From Octopus bimaculoides (Eukaryota): DNA of 64,000 bases. The notes beneath the pieces are model-generated. The model saw nothing but the letters and a program-made list of their open reading frames with translations, made no database searches and was not told the DNA's origin. The translations under genes and the position numbers were made by a program. The stretch covers positions 10,838,912 to 10,902,911 of the forward strand of contig NC_069000.1 in assembly GCF_001194135.2 (NCBI RefSeq), read 5' to 3'. Below, piece by piece: positions 51,421 to 63,725 of this stretch. The first letter of the stretch is position 1. Every line of letters starts with the position of its first letter.

Positions 51421-52234
51421 CTAAACATGTAAATAACAGTGTCAAATTTCATTAGACTTTCTTTTCTTAAACACTTGACAATAGAGCATGATTTCACTGA
51501 AACACGGCTACTATTTCTAGCAGGTTGAGCAATCCTATCGAAGCTCCTGTCAAGATATACAGAAGCAGATGCAGTGAAGTCTGTCTTTAGATCTTTATCT
51601 CTGTCGTTTGTTTGCTTTACTGTTCTTTATAGTACGGGGTTCATGTTTCATGATTGGTACAAATAAGAGTCTTGCTTGAATAGCCTATCTTTACACACAT
51701 GCATGGCAATTATCCCCTACATAAACACAATACTGCTACAATCTTCAAATCTTCATCAGTTGTACATCATGAGTGGGGGTCAGATGTTGTGTACCAAAGC
51801 ATGCTTGGATGAAGTAGGAACTAGGTTTTGTGTGTGTGTGTATTTTTATTATTTTTATATGATAGATTGTTACTTCTAATTTATTGGGAATTACATGTTA
51901 CAGGTGGTGGTGGTGGTGGTGGTGATGGTAGGGCTGCTAGTACTGGTGGTCGAAGTCACGAGAGTCGTCACTGTTATAGTATGCCATATGAGAACGACGG
52001 TATGAAACTGGTTGAAGTTGTAAGGCACCTTGACTAAATGGTTTTGGATTACACATTTTTGGCCTGGTCGAAAACATGACAACCTCTCTGATGCTGGTGT
52101 CACAATAAAATGAACCTAGTTTAACTCTGTTTTGTGGTTAGCAGATAGGGACACCAACCGTCCTGTTGTAGAGATTAACCCTTTCGTTACTGTATTTATA
52201 TTGAGATGCTCTGCTAGGGCATTGCCTTGAATTT

Positions 52235-52499
52235 TTAGTCAAATGAATCAACCCCAGTGCTTCTTTTTCTTTTTCAAGAAGCAATACTTATACCAATCAC
52301 TTTTGCTGAACTGCTAAGTTACAGGAACACAAATGCACCAACACCAGTATATTTATATATACATATATCATCATCATCATCATCGTTTAATGTCCGCTTT
52401 CCATGCTAGCATGGGTTGGACGATTTGACTGAGGACTGGCAAGCCAGAAGGCTGCACCAGGCTCCAATCTGATCTGGCAGAGTTTCTACAGCTGGATGC

Positions 52500-52552
<53 letters not shown>

Positions 52553-52700
52553 ACAGGCTTCTTTTAATTTCCATCTGCCAAATCTACTCACTGAAGCTGG
52601 CTATAGCAGAAGAGACTTAACCCAAGGTGCCTTGCAGTGAGACTGAATCCAGAACCATGTGGTCGGGTAGCAAGCTTCTTACCATGCAGCCACACCTGCG
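52235..52700 (-). mobile_element. Family A SINE split by a family C RTE end (52375-52500)
   Basis: A tail 52235-52345, C end with (cat)n, TA/CA tract, A head 52555-52700. Confidence 0.75.
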
Positions 52701-54015
52701 CCTACACACACACACACGCACGCGTGCACACACGCATCCTCTTTTGAAAAAATACCTTACGGTCATACTCAAAAGAAATCACTGTTACAATGATGAAGTG
52801 ATTTGTTTTTGTGAAATCCGTTTTAACCTGACTTCATATTTCTAATGTTTTTGAGAAATGGATGAAGTTCTTTTTAATTTTGTTTCCTCCTCATAATACA
52901 TGCAATGATTCTTTGAGGCAAACAAAATGAAATTACAATTTCTTTGTTTTTTTTTTTGTTTTGTTGTTGTTTTCGTTTTTTTTTGTTTTTTTTTCATTAC
53001 TGTATCTGGTTCTCCCTGCTTCAACAGCGACATTACTAATAATAGTATTTTATTTCTATTGTGAGAAACCGACGGTAACGTTAACAGCAGCAATAAATAT
53101 ATCTTTATAAACATATTAATCCTTCAGGCTCTATGGGGACAGGAAAAAGGAAATTGTAATGTCCCTACTTTTGTGAGGGATACAACAACAACAAAAACAA
53201 CAGCAGCAACAACAATGATAATAGTAATAATAATAATAATAATAATGATAATCTCAATCAATCATAATGAAGGGAAAAGAGAAAAGAAACTGTTACATTG
53301 AATTTGTCAATTATTTACTCGTTTTTATTAAAAAAAAAAAGAATTTTTTTATTAAATTAAATTTTACTGTTTTCCTTTTTGAAATATGAAAATGTCTTAT
53401 CTGTCTAATGTCGCTTATGGTAAAATTAGAAAAGAGAGAGAAAAATTATATATATATATATATAAACGAAACAATATAAAAAAAAGACATTTATTGCAAA
53501 GAAATTTTTTTAAAAAGAGATAAANNNNNNNNNNNNNNNNNNNNNNNNNNNNNNNNNNNNNNNNNNNNNNNNNNNNNNNNNNNNNNNNNNNNNNNNNNNN
53601 NNNNNNNNNNNNNNNNNNNNNNNNNNNNNNNNNNNNNNNNNNNNNNNNNNNNNNNNNNNNNNNNNNNNNNNNNNNNNNNNNNNNNNNNNNNNNNNNNNNN
53701 NNNNNNNNNNNNNNNNNNNNNNNNNNNNNNNNNNNNNNNNNNNNNNNNNNNNNNNNNNNNNNNNNNNNNNNNNNNNNNNNNNNNNNNNNNNNNNNNNNNN
53801 NNNNNNNNNNNNNNNNNNNNNNNNNNNNNNNNNNNNNNNNNNNNNNNNNNNNNNNNNNNNNNNNNNNNNNNNNNNNNNNNNNNNNNNNNNNNNNNNNNNN
53901 NNNNNNNNNNNNNNNNNTACAGAAACGAAGAAATTTATATTGCACTAGCATTCATATACACAGACTTTTAAACACACATGTGACGTTTTGTACGCACACA
54001 GCAATTTGAGAAAAA

Positions 54016-54049
<34 letters not shown>

Positions 54050-54274
54050 GTTTTTCTTTTTCTTTCTTTCTCTCTATCTCTAAACATGCCTAACTTTAAA
54101 ATTGCATATTAGCTGTGTTTTCTGAAATATAATGCTATGTTTATATCATTGCTCTTTCAAGAATGTCCCCTTCAATTGTGTCAGCATGAGATGTGTGTCA
54201 TCTGTACATACATTTATATATGCACATTGTGTGCATGTATGTATTAATGTTTTATATATTATTTGTACAGACAC

Positions 54275-54313
<39 letters not shown>

Positions 54314-54742
54314 CATGCTTATTAATGTCTGTATGGATTTTATATAATATTTGTGTATGTGCTTGTATGTATACACATACATGTATATTAATCTGTCTAT
54401 TTGTATCTGCTTTCTTTGTCTTCCTCACCCTCTGTCTTTTCTATGATATACACATACATATCCGCCCACATGCACCTATACAGACACATCTATATGCATG
54501 TTTGTGTGTGTGTTGGCTGCATGTAGGAACATTGCCTCAATTTTACCAAAGTAGTCTTGTTCGTTTAAAATTCACCTGGGACTTTCTTAATGGTAATAGA
54601 GATAAGTGTTTAGTAGTGGTAGCTAATTATCAAACATTGATTAGAAAGAACAGAAGAGGAAACTAAAAATGTTGTCCTACTGATAGCATCTACTGCCATA
54701 CACACACACACACACACACACACATACATTTGTATATATATG

Positions 54743-54794
<52 letters not shown>

Positions 54795-55304
54795 TACAAA
54801 GTGGGAGGGAGAGTGAGAAGCAGGCAGTATGCTTATCGTTGTGAGATAAACATTATCTGCTGCTTTATACAACTGTTCTATATTCTCTTTTATAGATTAT
54901 GTTGTAGCTTTTTTTTCCTTTTGTTTTCCATTTTTCCTTAATGCCAATAAAATTTTGTGATGGAAGTTTTAGTATTCTAAAGCCATTACTTTTAAATTGT
55001 TGTTTCTCTTTCTTAAACATAACATACATGTACATTTGTCAATATAGTTGTCCCTTAAGCTATGAATTGGCTTTTAAAGTCTGCTGTTTATTATCTATTA
55101 CCTTACCTTGAGTTTCATGGCGTCGGTCGATGATAGATAACTTTCTTCCCAGAGGATCGCCAAGTACCTATTCCCCACAGTCAGTCACACAGTACAACTT
55201 GTAGTTAAGTGCAGTGAACAAATACACAAAGAGTCTAAAGACCTTTGTACATGGATCGCAGTATTAGTATTCCCTCTCAGAGCTTCTCTTTCACCGTGTA
55301 TGTG

Positions 55305-55590
55305 CATGTTGGTGCCACATAAAAAGCATTCAGCCCACACTGTAAAGTGGCTGGTATTTGGAAGGTCATTATGCTGTAGAAACCATGCCAAAACAGACCT
55401 CGCTGGTGCTGGTGCCACATAAAAAGCTCAGCCTTCTTTTGTAAGGTGGTTGGTGTTAGGAAGAGCATCCAGCTGTAAAAACCATGCCAAAACCGACAGT
55501 GAAGCCTGGTCCAGTCTTCTGCCTAGCCAGCTCCTGTCAACCCATCCAACCCATCGCAGCAAGGGAAACTAACGTTAAATGATGATGATG
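55305..55590 (+). mobile_element. Family C RTE 3'UTR with about 100-bp internal tandem repeat
   Basis: Two units of ggtgccacataaaaagc...gtaa.gtgg.tggt.tt.ggaag...ctgta.aaaccatgccaaaac, then cccatc...aacgttaaatgatgatgatg. Confidence 0.8.
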
Positions 55591-55604
55591 TTGATATAAT
55601 GATA

Positions 55605-55989
55605 TAGGCGCAGGCATAGTCGTGTGGTAAGAACCACATGGTTCTGGGTTCAGTCTCACTGTGTGGCACTTTGGGCAAATCTGTTCTACTATAACCTCAG
55701 GTCAACCAAAGCCTTGTGAGTGGATTTGGTGGAAGGAAACTGAAAGAAGCCCGTCGTGTGTGTGTGTGTCTATCTGTCTGTTTTCCCCCACCACCACCAC
55801 CATCTCTTGAGAACTAGTGTTTGTTTTTACATCCCTATCACTTAGCAGTTCGCCAAAAGAGATTGATAGAATAAGTATTGAACTTACAAAGAATAAGCCC
55901 TGGGGTTGATTTGTTTGACCAAAACCTCTTAAGGTGGTGCTCCAGCATGGCTGCAGTCAAATGACTGAGACGAGTAAGAGAATAAAAGA

Positions 55990-55990
<1 letters not shown>
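55605..55990 (+). mobile_element. Full-length family A SINE
   Basis: ggcgcaggcatagtcgtgtgg...gactgagacgagtaagagaataaaagaa. Confidence 0.9.
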
Positions 55991-56031
<41 letters not shown>

Positions 56032-58043
56032 TCACACATTATATATTCACATGCACCATTTGGTACTATTATTGATTTCAAAGTAAAGATGTCACAATTG
56101 TTCTCATTCTAGTTGTCATTGTTACATTGTAAATTTATATTATCTGTTCGGTTATCTCGGCCAAGTTTCTGCTGAAGACACTATCAACAATTTCAGCTAA
56201 ATGATTTGTTTGGACTCTTTACAACAATAGTTGCTAGAGAACTGAAAGCTGTATAACTAACTGGTCATATCATATCACTTCAAGTAAACCTTGTCCCACT
56301 GACCACTAAAATGAGGCCAGCTAATCCACATGGACATTTATTGACCATTGTAGTAGCTTTTTGCTTTTATACCACAAGTTAGTTTGTTTTTTTTTTCTCA
56401 GTTTATTTACTCTGGAAGTTGATGATGACAAAGGCAATGGCAGTGATGACAACTGTGGTGGTGATGGTAGTAGTGATGAAGATGATGATGACAGCTGCTA
56501 TCAGTTGTTTTTATGCTGGAGTTATTGATTGGTGAGCTTTGGTGATAAAAGATGTTTATTCATAACTTGCTTAAAAGCTGTACTCCATGTGGACATTTAA
56601 GTTAGCTCCTGTGGAGGGTTAATTGGGCCTGCAGATCAAACTAAAATGAGCTAAATAGCATGACTATAATACGTCAATAATAACTATATGTCCCGGTGGC
56701 ATTTGATCAGAGGTTTAGGACGGATGAGAATTAATTCTGTAATGCAACCATTCTAGTGTTCCAGTCCCAAGTTGTATTCCAACTATTGGGCAATTTGTCC
56801 CAAAGTTCTTATCTCGGAGTAAAATTAACGAAGTAAATGTCATTTATCTCCTCCTTGATCTCTGACGTCATCTGACAAACACCAACCAAGATGGTGTGAA
56901 TCAGTCAAGGTTTACCTGCTAGAAATAGCAACCCAAATGCTTTTAAATCAGAAATGCTGGATGTTCAAGAACCAAATGAAGGGTTCGGTTCATTTTTAGC
57001 GTTCTCGTTTGTGTGAGCAGTCGAGTTTATTTCAGATATTCTCATTTTAAAAATCATCTCTGGCTAATCATTGAGAGGACGTTGGTTGTGCCTTTGCAGA
57101 AGTTTGCGCTCTCTGAGTGCTCTTGTTTGTATTGTTTTTTTTTCTTTTTATTGAAAATTTAGTAGACCCCTTTATTAGTTGTTGAGTACCACTTGGTATT
57201 AACACTGTTGTTACTTTATTAACAACTTTAGATTTGGTTACGTAACATTCCAGTCAATAGCATATGTTAATTCCATTCACGCCTTCTTCTAACCATAGTC
57301 CAGCTTCCTATAACACACACACACACGTGTGTGTGTGTATATATATATATATATAGTGTACGCTATGGCTATCAGTTCTGAATAGAATATGGTATATATG
57401 ACCGAAAGGATGAGCGAAATAGTTATGTAAGTCTAAGTCTTTCTTCGAGTTATTTCTCTATTTTCTCCTTTATCGACATAAATAGGATTGTTATCAACTT
57501 TGACTGCTTTAGGTGTTGAAGCCTGCCTGCTGTAAAAGAGTTAACCTTTGTGGCAAGGTATTCTAAAATGGTCGTTCAAAATCGCAGACAAAGAAATGTC
57601 AGAAAACAAAAGGGCTGCATAGTTCTGCTTTATCTGTAGAATGTTTGGTGCCAGGTAAAATAAACACCTGTCTGTGGCATAGCAGCAGAGCAGTGATGTG
57701 GAGGAGATGAGGTGGTGGTGGTGGTGTTGGTGTTGCTGTTGTTGTTGTTGGTGGTGGTTGGCGGTGGGGAATACTGCAAGAATAGCCCAGAATGAAATTC
57801 TATTTCTCAGGCTTTGAATATAAAAAAGAATCTGCTTGTTTACCCATAGTTGAGATATCTTACAGTTTTATATTCATCTGAGAATGTTGTCTAATGATTT
57901 ATTCTGTTTACTCACAGCCGTGAATGAGCAAGCGTTCGCACGCATACAACTGCATACAAATGCACGTATCGTCCTTATCCATTCACATATCCTTTATGTT
58001 CTTTGTGTTTAACATAAGGCAAAAAACAGATCAACAATCTCAC

Positions 58044-58158
58044 CTGTCGATTTACGCTTGTTTATGTGCTTGATGGCATTGGTCAAACGGTTTTGCATGT
58101 CTGGGTCCTGCATCATCTTCCTTGCGGCATCCACCAGTCTTAAGTCTTTCTTAACAGC
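58044..58158 (-). CDS. Candidate coding exon (AVKKDLRLVDAARK)MMQDPDMQNRLTNAIKHINKRKST
   Basis: Only open minus frame, protein-like helical composition, ends at CAG|GTGAGA (phase 1); no pyrimidine-rich acceptor, so possibly a first exon with ATG at 58116; not identified. Confidence 0.35.
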
Positions 58159-58716
58159 CTCTCTCTGTTTCTCTCTCTCTCTCTTTCTCACACACACACA
58201 CAACTGCTACTTCTTTGATCTGCCTCTATTAAAACGTTATCAGTTTGCTGGTCTTCTTGACACAGTTATTGATGTTCTTTTTATTTTTATTTTATTTTTT
58301 CTTTCCTACCAGTAGTTTCAGCATGTGCTTTCTTTACAACTAAGCAACTTGCTTATCAGTAACTAACTACTATGACAGTATAGTAAAACCAACACTAGAG
58401 AAGTTCACTTGATAGCTCAAGTCCTTCACAACATTCCAATTTCAGCCTCTTCTACATATCTACTAAATAGCCTCTCAACCAGATTTTATTTGGCCTTCAC
58501 TCATTTTCCATTTTCTATCAGTCTCTTCCTCTGCTTATGCTTTCCATAGCTGATTGCTACACTGACTGAGGGTCTTTTCTCTCACTTAACATTATATTTT
58601 AAAACAATCTGTGTGTGTATGTATAGTAATTAGGTTTTCTGAAGCCTCTTTCTTATCTTACCCAAACACAATCTGTCCTTCAAGTGTTTGAAATGAGAAA
58701 CAAAGTGTACACTTAC

Positions 58717-58751
58717 CTCTGTCCTTGCTTCAGCCTCTGCAAACCTTCCAT
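58717..58751 (-). CDS. Candidate 35-nt exon (x-GRFAEAEARTE or MEGLQRLKQGQ) or UTR exon
   Basis: cattatag|atggaagg...gacagag|gtaagt; perfect donor, weak acceptor. Confidence 0.2.
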
Positions 58752-58783
58752 CTATAATGCTTAGGTTTCACTTCTCCCAAACC

Positions 58784-58844
<61 letters not shown>

Positions 58845-59112
58845 GCATGTACACAAGTGTGTATATGTATATATATGTACAAGTATGTATGGGTATATAT
58901 ATATATATATATATATATANNNNNNNNNNNNNNNNNNNNNNNNNNNNNNNNNNNNNNNNNNNNNNNNNNNNNNNNNNNNNNNNNNNNNNNNNNNNNNNNN
59001 NNNNNNNNNNNNNNNNNNNNNNNNNNNNNNNNNNNNNNNNNNNNNNNNNNNNNNNNNNNNNNNNNNNNNNNNNNNNNNNNNNNNNNNNNNNNNNNNNNNN
59101 NNNNNNNNNNNN

Positions 59113-59320
59113 TATAGAAGCCATGATAGATCGCTGACCAAACACCATTCAATTTTTTTCTCCGTGTTTTTCTCCTTGTTTTCTCCGTATTCTTTCTGTT
59201 GAAGAGCGTAGCTCGAAACGTTAAAGACTTTCTGTATTCCCGAGCGTCAAACTAATGCATCCTTTTGTTGTTTACACCACCTGTCCTCGTCTGTTGTTGT
59301 TTGTTTTCGTACATTCTCCC
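59113..59320 (+). mobile_element. Probable Penelope-like element 3' end/pLTR
   Basis: Carries the minimal hammerhead fold below followed by a T-rich trailer, the arrangement typical of PLE pLTRs; the coding part would lie in the preceding gap. Confidence 0.5.
59191..59227 (+). ncRNA. Minimal type I hammerhead ribozyme-like motif with core variant
   Basis: tcttt-CTGTTGA-a-gagc(gta)gctc-GAAAC-GTT-aaaga: 5-bp stem I, 4-bp stem II, palindromic AACGTT in place of stem III; core A6 is T. Confidence 0.55.
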
Positions 59321-59356
<36 letters not shown>

Positions 59357-60499
59357 ATATGAAAAATAGATGAAATTGAAAATGCACAAGAGATACAGAA
59401 ATGATGGAGTTTGCAACACGGCTCCACATTCTTCAAAACTTAAACTCCTGAAAATCATATGATGGTGTGTAAACTGCTAAGTAAATCTTCATATTTATTC
59501 AAAGCATTTTCAACTTCATTTATTTCTTCAATACTACTACTTTTGTGAATTAGTAAGCAAGCAGAGTTTAGTGTCCAATGAAGGAAAGGTACGCATAAGT
59601 AGGCTGGTTATACCCCTGGCACAGGCCACGGGTTATACCCAGGCTTATTCCTCATTTTTTTTTTAGGGGTTGGTAGCCACAACAAGACACACAACAAGGC
59701 ATTCCATTCATTTCCCAGTTCAAAGAGGTGAGCTTTGTTCTATGCTCTGGTCAAGGTATATAACGCAACCCCCAATATCAGCAGTGGGGCCCAACACCAT
59801 ATGCTTGTTTACCCCCCCCCCCNNNNNNNNNNNNNNNNNNNNNNNNNNNNNNNNNNNNNNNNNNNNNNNNNNNNNNNNNNNNNNNNNNNNNNNNNNNNNN
59901 NNNNNNNNNNNNNNNNNNNNNNNNNNNNNNNNNNNNNNNNNNNNNNNNNNNNNNNNNNNNNNNNNNNNNNNNNNNNNNNNNNNNNNNNNNNNNNNNNNNN
60001 NNNNNNNNNNNNNNNNNNNNNNNNNNNNNNNNNNNNNNNNNNNNNNNNNNNNNNNNNNNNNNNNNNNNNNNNNNNNNNNNNNNNNNNNNNNNNNNNNNNN
60101 NNNNNNNNNNNNNNNNNNNNNNNNNNNNNNNNNNNNNNNNNNNNNNNNNNNNNNNNNNNNNNNNNNNNNNNNNNNNNNNNNNNNNNNNNNNNNNNNNNNN
60201 NNNNNNNNNNNNNNNNNNNNNNNNNNNNNNNNNNNNNNNNNNNNNNNNNNNNNNNNNNNNNNNNNNNNNNNNNNNNNNNNNNNNNNNNNNNNNNNNNNNN
60301 NNNNNNNNNNNNNNNNNNNNNNNNNNNNNNNNNNNNNNNNNNNNNNNNNNNNNNNNNNNNNNNNNNNNNNNNNNNNNNNNNNNNNNNNNNNNNNNNNNNN
60401 NNNNNNNNNNNNNNNNNNNNNNNNNNNNNNNNNNNNNNNNNNNNNNNNNNNNNNNNNNNNNNATATATATACACACACATATTTATACATACATATATT

Positions 60500-60725
60500 T
60501 ATATATATACATGCATGTTTGCCCCACCACCACCACCACCACTTAACAACTGGTGTTGGTTTTTTTACATCCCCTATAAATTAGCAGTTCAGCAAAAAGT
60601 GATTGATAGAATAATTACCAGACTTTAAAAAAAAAAAATGTCCCGGGGTCAATTTGTTTGCTTTTCAAGGTAGTGCCCCAGCATGGCCGCAGTCAAATGA
60701 CTGAAACAAGTAAAAGATAAAAGAT
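60500..60725 (+). mobile_element. Family A SINE tail (head in gap)
   Basis: gtttgccccaccacc...cccagcatggccgcagtcaaatgactgaaacaagtaaaagataaaag. Confidence 0.88.
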
Positions 60726-62202
60726 TATATATACATATATATAAATGTTGTTGTTTGCTTGCTGCTGTATGGATGTTTTGGTGTTAACTTCTATCCACTT
60801 CCAGACCTTTAGTAATCATATTACTAATGAATGGTATGGTATTAGAAACATTTGTATATTTGTATAGGAGGAAACGACAAAACTAAGAAAAGCATGGCTT
60901 CCTGTGTGAGCTAGCAATGGTTTTCCTGTTAACAAGTGTTACATGCCAAATAAAAGCTGAGTGTAACATGGCCAGCTGTATCTATCAGCAGTGGATTTAT
61001 AATGACTGGATTGTTTTTTTTTCTTTTCTTTTTTTTTTCCTGTTTAAATGCTAAAGAGTTCGAAACTCCAAGGGAGAGAATTATGAACAGATAACTCCAA
61101 CTATTGAAGCTCTGTAGTTAATGCTGCATACAGAAAAATTGGTTGCTGCTGTTTGTGTGACCCGTATTGGCTCTGGTCAAGCCAACCTGTAATAAATTGT
61201 GTTCTTGCCTTGACCATCCCAGACACACACACACATTCACACATACATACATGCATCATTGTTTTAGCAGCAATTTTCCTGTCTTGTTTATAGAAACACA
61301 TTTCCCACATCCAGATGCTCTTCATGTTGTCAACCCACATGTTAAAGTTCACCTGGTCCTTCAATCAATAAACAGCTCAATAGACGAGCAAGTATTTATG
61401 GGAAAAATGTAAGCCATAAAATCATTTCGGGCGGACACTGATCTCACTTTCAACGCAGGGTGCAAACTACATCGAGACAAGGTGAAGACACAAACAGACC
61501 CTCACACACACACACACACAGAAGTTTCAGTTTTCTTTGACCAATTCCGCTCGCAAAGCTTGAGTAGTACACGTACACCCTTGGTGCCACACAGTGAGAA
61601 TGAAACATTAAACCATACAGTCGTGAAATGAACTGCTAAACACATAACCACACACATGCACACACACACACGTACTATATATAGAGTATAATAATGTGTC
61701 TTCTTTAAAACTGTAAGCTGTGGTTTGAGGGAGATTTAGCTGCTATTTTTAGCATGTCGAGTGAATGACACACCGTCCCCTACACACAGCTCACCTCCAT
61801 GAATTGTTGGATCAGTGGGTGTCATGACCATGTGTTCAAACTCCAACCATATGTATTCCTAGATTATTGACACGTACAGGCTGTTGCTTGTCTGGGTTTA
61901 AGCTTTTATGTGGTTAAAAGAAGAAGAAAATACTTTTTCCAAACTACGTGTGGGTGATCTACACTTTAGAAATAAAAAAGAGAGAGAGAAAAGAGAAATA
62001 CCGTATATATATCTGGTCATGAAACTGTCTGTTCTATGTAAAGAAGAACAAAGCAACTTTTTAAGTCAGACAAGCGTGAAAAACGAATAACAACAATAAC
62101 AAACAAACAAAAGCAATAAAAAGTGAGCAAATAATGATGATGATGATGATGATGATGATGTTTTTGATTCCAATATTAAAAAAATATTGATTTCTAGCAT
62201 AC

Positions 62203-62420
62203 TCTTTTACTTGTTTCCAGTCATTTGACTGCGGCCATGCTGGAGCACCACTTTAAGTCGAACTAATTGACCCCCAGGACTTGTTCTTTGTAAGCCTAAT
62301 ATTTATTCTGTCGATCTTATTATTTGCCGAACTGCTAGGTTATGGGGGGGGCGTAAACAAACCAACATCGGTTGTCAAGTGATGGTGGGGGGGACAAACA
62401 CACACACACACACACACATA
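62203..62420 (-). mobile_element. Family A SINE tail
   Basis: tcttttacttgtttccagtcatttgactgcggccatgctggagcacc...ggggacaaacac. Confidence 0.9.
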
Positions 62421-62610
62421 TATCATTGTTTGTTGCAGGATTTGTACCCAAGACATAGAGAGATGTAATTGCATAGCACAAGATATATCTAGCACTCTAC
62501 CAAATCTGTCACTCTACTGCAGCTATGAGAATTTGAGCTTATTTTATAATAATAATAAATAATAATAATAATGATAATAATGATGATGATGATAAAAATA
62601 ATAATAATGA

Positions 62611-63190
62611 TAATCTTTTCTACTAAAGGCACAAGGCCTGAAATTTTGAGGGAGGGGTCCGGTCAATTATATCGACCCCCCAGTGTTTCACTGGTACTTA
62701 ATTTATTGATCCTTAAAGGATGAAAAGCAAGGTCGACCCTGGTGGAATTTGAACTCAGAACATAAAGACAGAAATGCCGCTAAGCATTTTGCCCAACATG
62801 CTAACGATTCTGACACCTTATAATAATAATAATCCTTTCTACTATAGGCTTGAGGCCTGAAATTTGGTGAGAGGGGGCTAGTTGATTACATCGACCTCAG
62901 TATGTAACTGGTACTTATTTTATGGACCCCCCAAAAGGATGAAAGGCAAAGTTGACCTCGGCAGAATTTGAACTCAGAACGTTAAAGACAGATGAAACGC
63001 TGCTAAGCATTTTGCCCAGCATGCTAACATTTCTGCCAGCTCACCACCTTCACCATAATAATAATAATAATATCCTTCCTAATTTTAGCTCAAGGCCAGC
63101 AATTTTGAAGTGGGGGAGTGTTAGTTGATAAAGTACCGGTCAAGTACTGAGGTTGACTCTGGTACTTAACTGGTAATTTATTTTACCAAC
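62611..63190 (-). mobile_element. Three head-to-tail OK-like SINE copies joined by (AAT)n
   Basis: Copies at about 62611-62818, 62833-63048, 63070-63190 (last truncated). Confidence 0.88.
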
Positions 63191-63559
63191 TATAGACAGA
63201 CAGACAGACAGACAGACAGATACAGGCTAGAACTAGTATTAAATAGGTTGAATTGGACAAAGTTTGTGTATGATGACAAAAAAACATGTCTGTGTAGGCA
63301 CATGCATTCTTTTTTTTTGCATGCTCGTATGCGCACGTAACTTTGTTTTTTCCAGGTATATCCCCCACTCCCTATCTGTCGATACTTCTCTATTACCACC
63401 ACACCCACCTGCAAAATGGTTGACTTGTTAAATTAGGCAGATCTTCATGGTTTTATTTTTTTCTATGTAATTATTCATTCATATATATATATATTCATAA
63501 ATAGAGAGAGAGAGATAGAGATATACACACTCACAAACACAACTTGCGCACGTCAAAAC

Positions 63560-63575
63560 CATATATGTATTTATA

Positions 63576-63666
<91 letters not shown>

Positions 63667-63725
63667 GGGTACATGTATATATACATACACGCAAACACAC
63701 ATACACATATATACATATATATTGA
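63560..63725. repeat. (TG)n(TA)n microsatellite
   Basis: Direct reading. Confidence 0.95.

Noticed and set aside
52021-52028. taaggcac (miR-124 5' end); also ttggtcccc at 19122-19130 (miR-133-like)
   Set aside because: Only 8-9 nt match, the rest of the mature sequence differs and there is no hairpin.
56863-56870. Perfect CRE palindrome TGACGTCA
   Set aside because: A single 8-mer with no promoter context.
57910-57930. tcacagcc...atgagc resembling miR-2/13
   Set aside because: Spacer is 3 nt too short and the upstream arm cannot form a continuous precursor stem.
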